13,128 bases of DNA from Candidatus Thorarchaeota archaeon. Lineage in GTDB: Archaea; Asgardarchaeota; Thorarchaeia; Thorarchaeales; Thorarchaeaceae. Shown here piece after piece: positions 1 through 7,409 of the stretch; position 1 is the stretch's first letter, and each line of letters opens with the position of its first letter. A program made the translations under genes and the position numbers. The stretch spans positions 1-13,128 of the forward strand of contig JBHLRS010000063.1 in the NCBI GenBank assembly GCA_048882325.1, written 5' to 3'. The notes beneath the pieces are model-generated. The model did no database searches and was not told where the DNA came from. It saw only the letters and a list, made by a program, of their open reading frames with translations.

Positions 1-151
1 AACAAACCGTTATTGTGCCAAGTGGCTTCAAACCTACGACCTCATTTACAGGACTACAAATCAACAGGGTTTAACTATTACTCTAAGTTAACAAACGTTA
101 ACTATCTACTTCAATGTTTTGGGGAGTTCTGCTTGTAATATGTTGTCGTAT

Positions 152-186
152 CTGAGAAACTGAAGATAGAAGTGCGCCACTGGTAG
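152..186 (-). repeat. Degenerate copy of tRNA-Asn 3' end plus trailing sequence (att-like site)
   Basis: Minus strand CTACCAGTGGCGC-AC versus tRNA CTACCGGCGGCGCCA. The trailing CTTC..TTCA..TTCTCAG is shared with the copy at 1042-1071. It directly abuts the YkgJ stop codon. Confidence 0.6.
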
Positions 187-999
187 TCATTGAGATGAGT
201 TTTCGAGCCAATATTCAACTAGTTTTGGTTTCAATCTCTCTACCCGATCTAACCAAGTGGAAGTTTCTTGTTCAACTTTTTTACTTGTTGCAATAGATGT
301 AAGTCTGACAATATCCTCGTCACCGATTGGTTTCGAGTAATCTAGTATTTCGTCAGGAATCATACTCGGGTCATCAAATTGGATCCCAAAATGTTTCAAA
401 ATGGCGTATGTGATCTCATTCGCAGTTGGAGTGTTACTCGATAGAGTTACTGCATCCTCTCCCCTCTTTCTTTTCTGTCCAAAGAGGTATCCGAATACAC
501 TCTCATCAATGTATCTTGCCGCAAAGAACTGCAGGATCTCATTCAAAAACTCCAGTCCTTTCTCGTAGACACTCTCACTCACTTTGATCATTTCATCACA
601 TGATCCACGACAGGCATAGGACTCGGGAAACCTTTCTATCTCGAGATACGCTGTCCTGAAACCACTGTTTGATTCATCGATAAATCCAATCAGGTTGAGG
701 GGAAACAACTGGCATGCAAGAGGTCTCTTGGAATAAATCAAACACTTATCGTCGATGTGAAAGGGTCAATATTCGTCGAAATTCAATACATACCGGTGCC
801 ATAGATTGAAGACTGTCGAGTTGATACTCATATACTCCTTTGCGAACGATGTTCCACCCAATTCTATCAATGACTGAGCTATGATTGGTGCCTCGACATC
901 TGTGAGGAATACTGCTTGTTTCTTACAGCATTCACCACAATGCACACAAAGAGAATCCATGATTTCTTTGAGCTCTTCTACGACTTTTTCAATCAGCAT
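187..999 (-). CDS. YkgJ-family (CxxCxxCC) cysteine-cluster protein interrupted by one in-frame TGA at 766-768 (pseudogene or UGA-recoded; 270 aa if read through)
   Basis: ORFs 766..999 and 187..741 share a frame. The junction reads F-D-E-Y-(TGA)-P-F-H-I-D-D-K-C-L-I-Y-S-K-R-P-L-A-C-Q-L-F-P. CVHCGECC plus [C]PF..CxIYxxRPxxCxxFP is the YkgJ/FliB-like signature. Confidence 0.8.
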
Positions 1000-1041
1000 T
1001 GGTTTCGTAGATGAAGAGGTCTTCTCTGGGTATTAAGACTA

Positions 1042-1071
1042 CTGAGAATGAAGAAGTGGCGCCGCCGGTAG
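1042..1071 (-). repeat. Exact copy of the last 15 nt of tRNA-Asn (1057-1071) plus trailing sequence (att-like site)
   Basis: The reverse complement of 1057-1071 is CTACCGGCGGCGCCA, identical to 3845-3859. Confidence 0.85.
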
Positions 1072-1200
1072 TATTTCCTGTTCCAATTGTTTTGATGTCT
1101 TCAGCTCATTTTTTAATCTACAACAACTCCCAAAATTGTAACCGCATGACATAAATACTATTACGTCTATTATGTATTATAATTGAGGGGATTGTAATAC

Positions 1201-2382
1201 ATGCCTTGGGACTACGAAGGAATAGCATTCTACATGTGCACAACAGCATGTCCGAATCACGTTCCATTATATAGAGCGTGGAATGGTTCAGATCATTTCT
1301 ACACCACGAGTGTAACGGAATACAATGGACTACCTAGTTCATACTCTCGTGAGGGAATTGCTGGTTATATTGCAAACTCAGCACTACCTGGTCATGTGCC
1401 TCTGTATAGGCTTTACGGGCCTCATATTGATGACCACATGTACACTGCAAGTAAGAGTGAACATGATAACGCAGCCCATCCATGGGTTAGTGAAGGAATC
1501 CAAGGGTATGTTATACCTGGCGGCGCTTCAATACCATCAAATCACGTACCTGTATATCGATCATATAATTCTGAAATTGGAGACCATTTCCTTACTACTA
1601 GTGCAGATGAAATCGTGTCTGCAGGTGGCATTCTATTCCGATATTCAACAGGTTGCGTTTCAGATTATGGTGGGTGTCCGGGAAACAATTTACCTTTGTG
1701 TGTCCCAGAGGGTGAAATATTTCGCTTCTGGTATGATTTAGCAGGATTCCAAAGGTTCTCTCGGTGGGATGATGGTAATGTTTGGGGTTCTGATTTTCGA
1801 GATGCGGCCAACGGTGACCTCGAACCCCAGGGAGGAAGTGATATCCCCGACATCTACCTATTCGCTGGTCATGGTACTTGCCAGAATCCTCCAGTGGCTA
1901 CATCTCCTGACTTTATCAACACTTGTGGCAACTTCGGTACACCGGATGCAACAAGAATAGGAACTCAGTCTCGATGGGGCAACGGAATAGGTAATCTCAA
2001 GTTTGCCTTTATTGATGCCAGCTGTCCCATGGATTTGGTATCTATCAGAAATGAATGGTTCCCTGTATTCCAGGGACTTCATGTAGCTGTAGGTCATTCG
2101 GGTACTACAACTCAGGATTGTCTTGACAGTACGGGTCGAGGAGCACTGTTAGCCGCATACACTTCAGGAGCGTTACCTTATTTTATTCCTCATCTAAGTG
2201 TTGGAGATGCATGGATGATTGCTGGAATAATAGACATTCAGAGAGGGTGCTGCGCTGTTGCCTTGGCCGCAGGTAATGATCGCGCGGATGCTATCGACAG
2301 ACGTGAGAATGAGAAAGTGCGAGAACATAGATCCGATCCAACACCCAACTGGTTTGCTTGGAAATGGATGTGTCGTACATGA
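1201..2382 (+). CDS. DUF5648-like repeat N-terminus fused to a DUF6345-like (putative caspase/clan-CD fold, His-Cys dyad) domain
   Basis: Three HVP(L/V)YRxxxx..DH(F/M)xT(T/A)S repeats. C-terminal IYLFAGHG, RWGNG.NLKFAFIDASC and FQGLH motifs. Purine-rich RBS GAGGGG upstream. Family names recognised from memory. Confidence 0.7.
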   Translation: MPWDYEGIAFYMCTTACPNHVPLYRAWNGSDHFYTTSVTEYNGLPSSYSREGIAGYIANSALPGHVPLYRLYGPHIDDHMYTASKSEHDNAAHPWVSEGIQGYVIPGGASIPSNHVPVYRSYNSEIGDHFLTTSADEIVSAGGILFRYSTGCVSDYGGCPGNNLPLCVPEGEIFRFWYDLAGFQRFSRWDDGNVWGSDFRDAANGDLEPQGGSDIPDIYLFAGHGTCQNPPVATSPDFINTCGNFGTPDATRIGTQSRWGNGIGNLKFAFIDASCPMDLVSIRNEWFPVFQGLHVAVGHSGTTTQDCLDSTGRGALLAAYTSGALPYFIPHLSVGDAWMIAGIIDIQRGCCAVALAAGNDRADAIDRRENEKVREHRSDPTPNWFAWKWMCRT

Positions 2383-2403
2383 TTGAAGGAGAAGGGAATA
2401 CTG

Positions 2404-3297
2404 ATGAATAAAGAAGACAACACATTCAATGCTGAAATGGAACAATTTGCAAAGCTTGCACAAACTCTTGGTCTGACATTGGAGAAAGTCATTAGCAGAG
2501 GATCTGAACGAAATTTGTTAGGCATAAAGTCAGAGTATGTACTGTTCAGCCGGCGACTAGATAGTCGTACATACTTTGTTCAGGACACGAGATATGGAAA
2601 TGGACTTGAAGGTGGGATCTTCCGGGGAACAAAAGAAGAACAATATGAGTCTGCTCGATTTATCTTTAAGCATTTGAATATCCCATTAAATGAGATTGCA
2701 GAAGAAGTCCTGCAAACGGAAATGACTCAGGAAGCGTACGTTCATCAAGAATCCGGAGAGGTCAAACTGGAAGAAGTCCAAGAAGGGAAGAGTTTTGTCT
2801 ATTTTACTCGCCAAATCCAAGACATTCCTGTATGGTCTTCAAATCTAACGTTGGGATTAATGAAGGAAAAGCAAATTGGGTTCATGCAGCTTCATTGGCC
2901 AGAAATCCCTCGTCATGTAATTGAGGAAGCACATAAACTCGCACAAAAAATAGAAGCTGGATGGCGGCCTGATGAACAGAAAGGTGCAATAATCGAGTCA
3001 GTAGAAGCAGGCATTATCCATTCACCAGCTATTGGGTTTGTCATGGATATCTTACCAGTTATTCGTGTTGTCTCTGCGTCAGTTGACAAGAACTTTTCAA
3101 GAAAACAGGTCCTGTATCTAGACCGACACGGTATAGACGTACCACTCCCTCGACATGCTATAATGCCATTTGAGCCAAAACAACAGGAAAGGACTCTAGC
3201 AAAACGTGGTGGCATCTCATTAAGAAATCTGGTTATTGTTGCAGTAATAGTTATAGCTGCCATCATCATATCAATTTACTATGTTCTCTTTGGTTAA
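2404..3297 (+). CDS. Membrane-anchored protein with peptidase-propeptide (FTP/PepSY/YcdB)-like segments
   Basis: Long ORF (track starts it at TTG 2383; ATG 2404 follows AAGGAGAAGGGA). Contains the VYFTRQIQDIPVWSSNLTLGL motif and a C-terminal hydrophobic helix LVIVAVIVIAAIIISIYYVLF. Confidence 0.65.
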   Translation: MNKEDNTFNAEMEQFAKLAQTLGLTLEKVISRGSERNLLGIKSEYVLFSRRLDSRTYFVQDTRYGNGLEGGIFRGTKEEQYESARFIFKHLNIPLNEIAEEVLQTEMTQEAYVHQESGEVKLEEVQEGKSFVYFTRQIQDIPVWSSNLTLGLMKEKQIGFMQLHWPEIPRHVIEEAHKLAQKIEAGWRPDEQKGAIIESVEAGIIHSPAIGFVMDILPVIRVVSASVDKNFSRKQVLYLDRHGIDVPLPRHAIMPFEPKQQERTLAKRGGISLRNLVIVAVIVIAAIIISIYYVLFG

Positions 3298-3308
3298 TAT
3301 TATGAAAA

Positions 3309-3323
3309 TGGCGTCGTCGATAG
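3309..3323 (-). repeat. Degenerate copy of tRNA-Asn 3' end (att-like site)
   Basis: Minus strand CTATCGACGACGCCA versus CTACCGGCGGCGCCA: 12/15, all three differences are transitions. Lies 11 bp after the stop at 3297. Confidence 0.55.
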
Positions 3324-3616
3324 ACCCTTCAAATGAGGAATTAATATGGCAATAATTACACATGACGAAAAATGTAAGCAAGGAGTGAGCATTGTTCTGG
3401 GACATTTTTATTACGAAGTAGCATGAAGGATTACGTTTGGGAAGAATCTTGCAGTGAGGTGCGCAAGCTACAAACCAACAGTATAGAATGGACGTGGCGT
3501 TTAACTATTCCCAAGGATTTACCATCTAAAATCAATCCAAATTGGACTGGACCTAATATTACGATTGATCCCTACGATATTACATTCATCGAAAATTTGA
3601 CTTTATATTTCAACCA

Positions 3617-3634
3617 AACAGCAATGTTAATATT
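3617..3634 (+). promoter_or_regulatory. tRNA-Asn promoter (BRE/TATA)
   Basis: AACAGCAATGTTAATATT with TTAATA starting 35 nt upstream of the tRNA. Same spacing at tRNA-Glu; a related GCAACGTTAATAT precedes tRNA(CAT). Confidence 0.7.
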
Positions 3635-3661
3635 CGAATCCTCAGTCCGACCCCGATACAA

Positions 3662-3859
3662 GCCGCCGTGGCTCAGTAGGTAGCGTGATGTTCCTTTGGG
3701 AACTTCGCACCTAAAGCGACAGCTTTTAGGCGCGATTCGCGTCATGCCGCTTAAGCCTGTTACCTCTCAGTAGGTAGCTGAGAGCCAGACAGTTGTTGGT
3801 CGTAGGTTCGAGAATCGATCTCCTTGCGAGGTCGATCGGTGACCCTACCGGCGGCGCCA
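3662..3859 (+). tRNA. tRNA-Asn: tRNA-Asn(GTT) with four introns (3684-3714, 3721-3753, 3763-3790, 3813-3842)
   Basis: Removing the four segments at BHB-type cut sites gives GCCGCCG TG GCTC AGTAGGTA GAGC G ACAGC CTGTTAA GTTGT TGGTC GTAGG TTCGAGC CCTAC CGGCGGC GCCA: 76 nt, all stems pair, anticodon GTT, discriminator G73, encoded CCA. Confidence 0.93.
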
Positions 3860-3907
3860 TCTACACTATAGTTAACTCATAACATTTCCTTATTCCTGAT
3901 TATCTAT

Positions 3908-6349
3908 CTAGCTTTCGATTGTTTCTCTAAACCATGACTCAGCTTTACTTCGTTTTCGTTCATCATTTGGAGGACAGATTTTCACCCATTGAACGGTGTC
4001 CTCCTTTGAAGATGTAGTAGCCCTCCAACGAACTGATACTTTCTCACCAGTAGGATAATATCTGATTAAATCTGGTCTAACGGTGATTTTGATACCCAGA
4101 CTTTCTGCAACAGCACTCTCATCGTCAACAAGATTACTTCTATTTGCATCCACGGCTGAAACCAGATTCTTCGCTGCACTCGCAACCTCCGAATTGTCAC
4201 TTTTTTGGAGTTGCGATAATGCCGTATAAGATATCCAACTCTGTTTAACCAGATCCTCGGTTTGTCCACCGGATTCTTTTACTAAGGAAATCTCAGACGC
4301 TCCTACTTTGGATTGAAAACCAAACTTGTTCTGTTCATCCTTGATGTACAGAGCTACATTTCTACTCCAGTAAAAGTATCCTGTTGAATCAAATCCCCCA
4401 TCTTCAGGAATTAACTCCTCCAAGTACGCACATCGAGCTTCCTCTGACCAGTTGAGATATCCCTCAGGAAGACTTGGATTTGTAATGGTCTTGTTTCCAG
4501 GAGTCATTCCTTCATGAATCATGATTAGTCCTATCTGATTCTGAATGTGAACCTCGTATGACCCTGGACGAAGTTTCGGTCTGAGTGTGATATCACCAAA
4601 GTTGCTGAGAATGTCCTGAACGCGATCTATACGTTCGAGATGTTCTTCGTTGTAGGTTATCCTCCCCGACTCTCGTAAATGACAATCACTTACAATAATG
4701 GCTGCAAGACGAGCCTTCAAGACTTCTAATTCCTCTCCCTCTGGAAATCGCGGGTTCTCGATTCCCGCCTGACCATTTACTCCAGTGACCTTGGTCACAC
4801 GCCCCTCCAAATTGGAAAGTTTTCTATCCGTTGAATCAAGATAGAATCTAACAATTTTCCCTTCCAATCGCGTACTCTTCTCACTTATTGGTCTCTTCCT
4901 TGCTGAAGTTCCATCATCTCCTGCATGAAACTGCTTCACAACCTCATTCATGTGTTTCAATGACTTGTGAGGGCTCTCCTCCAGTCCAAATTGCCTCTGA
5001 AGTTCATTGACAATACAGGTGATCTCTTTGTTGTCCCTGAAGTAGTAGAACTCTGTTTCATAGGCGCTGACAAGTTCATCAGACCTGTTCTTCGGAATCC
5101 AAGTGTACATTCTATCATCAACATATGCAACACGGGCTCGATTGTGCTCAAGACCAAGTTTTTGGGTTAGGGATTCCTCAATCTCCTGTCTGTTTGAATC
5201 AATAAACCGTTTCAGTTCAGTATTTTGCTTAGAATCAATCTCTGACTTGAAGTCTGCATACCGAACAGGATGTTTCTCACTTGATTCATCCCTGAGCATA
5301 TGCTCAACAGCTGAAGCTACTCTTTCGGAAGAGAGCCTGTCAGACTCCCACATCTTTTCGATAGACTCTCGAACCTTATGAGGCTCTATCTGCTTGATCG
5401 CTTCTTCCCTATCCCCAACCTCCTGTGTTACACTCTTCCTGATCCTCTCGATGTCTTCAATCTGTGGAGAGTCCTTGGTCCATTCCTCCATTATTCTCTC
5501 TTCTTCATGCTCGCGCAGTCTTTTGATTAGATTAGGCTCAATACCGTTCCTACAATATCCAATGAAGGTGTGACTCACATCGTGCTGTTCAGCAAGATCA
5601 TCCCTCTTTGTAGAATGTTCATCCCTGACTTCATAATAGACCTCACACCGTCTATAATTCTCATCAAAGCCCGCTCGTTCTCGCTCCTCAGGATACTTCT
5701 CTAGTAAATCATCAACATCCTTCATTGATTCAATTTGAGCCTCAGGTAGACCATCATGAACTGACTCGTACATTCGTCTGAGTTCACGGCTCTCGACCTC
5801 TTCTACAATACTTGGTTTTTCAACATCCTCACCGCGGTCGAGCTTTTCGAAATACTCTGATGCCTCAGTTTCATCCTTTTCATAGCTCTTACGCAGTTTC
5901 ATTTCAGAGTGATTCTCAACAGCATTGTCATATTCTTCCTTTGTAGAAATCTCTCCAAAACGAGATTCCTTTTGTTCATACTGTTCCTCAGATGAGTCGT
6001 CTATGACCTCCCTCCTCTCCTGGTCATCAAGTTCCTCCAGAGCTTTCCTGAGTTTTTCCTCAGTGGACTCGTTAGACTTCTCCATCTTCTCTAGGTCCTC
6101 AAGAACCTCGTCAAGCTTTTGGGATATTTCCTCCTCCCTTTCTCTCTCCTCATTCACCTCCTTGACTACCTGCTCGACAATCTCCCTAGCGGAAACCTCA
6201 GCTACTTGATCGGTTTCAGAAGCATCGAGAGCGAGTTCACGAGCACGCATCAATTCAACAGATTCCAAGTCCTCGACCTTGGTTTCATCAACCTCTTCAC
6301 GGTACTCCCTGCGATGACGCTTGATTCCCTCTCCGGACACGCCCTCCAT
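3908..6349 (-). CDS. Free-standing protein with acidic coiled-coil N-terminus, HTH and C-terminal double-motif LAGLIDADG (DOD-type) endonuclease-like domain
   Basis: Motif 1 ARLAAIIVSDCHL and motif 2 AYLEELIPEDGGF, about 95 aa apart. HTH-like RDDLAEQHDVSHTFIGYCRNG. Strong SD AGGAGGT at 6356-6362. No intein splice-junction motifs seen. Confidence 0.7.
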   Translation of the reverse strand: MEGVSGEGIKRHRREYREEVDETKVEDLESVELMRARELALDASETDQVAEVSAREIVEQVVKEVNEEREREEEISQKLDEVLEDLEKMEKSNESTEEKLRKALEELDDQERREVIDDSSEEQYEQKESRFGEISTKEEYDNAVENHSEMKLRKSYEKDETEASEYFEKLDRGEDVEKPSIVEEVESRELRRMYESVHDGLPEAQIESMKDVDDLLEKYPEERERAGFDENYRRCEVYYEVRDEHSTKRDDLAEQHDVSHTFIGYCRNGIEPNLIKRLREHEEERIMEEWTKDSPQIEDIERIRKSVTQEVGDREEAIKQIEPHKVRESIEKMWESDRLSSERVASAVEHMLRDESSEKHPVRYADFKSEIDSKQNTELKRFIDSNRQEIEESLTQKLGLEHNRARVAYVDDRMYTWIPKNRSDELVSAYETEFYYFRDNKEITCIVNELQRQFGLEESPHKSLKHMNEVVKQFHAGDDGTSARKRPISEKSTRLEGKIVRFYLDSTDRKLSNLEGRVTKVTGVNGQAGIENPRFPEGEELEVLKARLAAIIVSDCHLRESGRITYNEEHLERIDRVQDILSNFGDITLRPKLRPGSYEVHIQNQIGLIMIHEGMTPGNKTITNPSLPEGYLNWSEEARCAYLEELIPEDGGFDSTGYFYWSRNVALYIKDEQNKFGFQSKVGASEISLVKESGGQTEDLVKQSWISYTALSQLQKSDNSEVASAAKNLVSAVDANRSNLVDDESAVAESLGIKITVRPDLIRYYPTGEKVSVRWRATTSSKEDTVQWVKICPPNDERKRSKAESWFRETIES

Positions 6350-6424
6350 TTAGAAACCTCCTACAAACATGACTTGACCTTCTTCAGACTATATCGATAG
6401 TATAGTTCATAGAAATCCAAAGGG

Positions 6425-6490
6425 TTTTGCATGCAGATGATTACGGGAAATTCTCTGTCTGTCTCCAGAAATATTGTTTTTTGCATGCAG
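6425..6490. repeat. 12-bp direct repeat TTTTGCATGCAG (palindromic core TGCATGCA)
   Basis: Copies at 6425-6436 and 6479-6490, upstream of the 813-aa ORF. Confidence 0.6.
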
Positions 6491-6609
6491 CGGTCGGATT
6501 TTGGGCTGTTTTGATGGAGAATTTGCTGTATTGAGAGTTATGGGCCCTATTTCAAGGGCTCTTTTGGTAAATTCTGCAATCAGATTTCAACAAAACCAGA
6601 AAACTAGTC

Positions 6610-6629
6610 ACCTACTGAGCCACGGCGGC
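6610..6629 (-). pseudogene. Truncated tRNA-Asn 5' fragment (nt 1-20)
   Basis: 6610-6633 is the exact reverse complement of 3658-3681 (ACAAGCCGCCGTGGCTCAGTAGGT). Identity stops in the D-loop. Confidence 0.85.
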
Positions 6630-6657
6630 TTGTTCTCGGTGTGTCGCTTCTGAATGC

Positions 6658-6675
6658 AATATTAACATTGCTGTT
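6658..6675 (-). promoter_or_regulatory. Second copy of the tRNA-Asn promoter
   Basis: Exact reverse complement of 3617-3634 (18/18), spaced from the tRNA start within 1 nt of the plus-strand copy. Confidence 0.75.
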
Positions 6676-6682
6676 GGTTTGT

Positions 6683-7339
6683 TCATGACACAGTTGCTTT
6701 ATTCTTACTCATAAATATCAACACGATAACGATGACGATCGCAATGACGCTCCCGATTGAGACCATCTGTAGTATGAGCGTACTCGGTACCGATTGAAGA
6801 CCTGACCTGGTAACTTCCATCATTGTTACAGTTGGCCCCTCCGTTGAGTCTTCGACAATACGATAGTATGTCATTACACCATCAGTCTTGGAGAACTTGA
6901 TAGTTGAAGTTCTAGTCACTGTACTATACTGTTCCACGATTATGGCGCCCCATTCTGATAACGTGTTGATCCATTGCATGTTATTCGGTGAGGTTTCATT
7001 CACGAAATCTTGGACAAGTTGCCAATTTCCAATGGGAACAGCTGCCCAGGGTAACGACATAAGCATCTCAGTCCCATTCTCGTAGTAACATGTATAGTAG
7101 AGTGATGAGATCATAATATCAAAATATGAAACCACATCGCTGGGGATGACTGGAAGCGAATCTATTTCTACGAAGAACTCAATGACTTCATTCCCGCCGT
7201 TCCCTGAGTATCTATAGTGAAACCGATCTCCAACTTCACATCCCCACTCTAAATTGTGATTAGTGACTGCTACTACTGAAGAAGCAGAACCCACTATCAA
7301 GGCACACATAACGAGTAATATGGATAGTTTCATTTTCAT
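6683..7339 (-). CDS. Secreted/surface protein with signal peptide and C-terminal TM anchor
   Basis: MKMKLSILLVMCALIVGSASSVVA signal-like N-terminus and hydrophobic C-terminal helix followed by basic residues. Confidence 0.8.
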   Translation of the reverse strand: MKMKLSILLVMCALIVGSASSVVAVTNHNLEWGCEVGDRFHYRYSGNGGNEVIEFFVEIDSLPVIPSDVVSYFDIMISSLYYTCYYENGTEMLMSLPWAAVPIGNWQLVQDFVNETSPNNMQWINTLSEWGAIIVEQYSTVTRTSTIKFSKTDGVMTYYRIVEDSTEGPTVTMMEVTRSGLQSVPSTLILQMVSIGSVIAIVIVIVLIFMSKNKATVS

Positions 7340-7409
7340 TGACCCTTAACCCCTCAAAAATTAGAGAAATCAGACTAGGATTTATCTATTTGGATTTCCA
7401 GCAGCGTGT

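Noticed and set aside
1-186. SECIS element downstream of the YkgJ-like gene
   Set aside because: Only a short GTTAAC-N4-GTTAAC hairpin (81-96); no convincing AUGA/GA core or archaeal GAA/A motif by eye.
3423-3683. 86-aa ORF upstream of tRNA-Asn
   Set aside because: Runs through the tRNA promoter and 5' exon and has no recognisable motif; at most a gene fragment.
3908-6349. Intein or integrase/transposase call for the 813-aa ORF
   Set aside because: No Hint splice-junction motifs or extein, and no tyrosine/serine recombinase or DDE motifs recognised.
6595-6629. 5' fragment as half of a trans-spliced split tRNA
   Set aside because: No complementary leader partner found in the window, and the sequence after AGGT (GAC) would not regenerate the AG-AGC junction.
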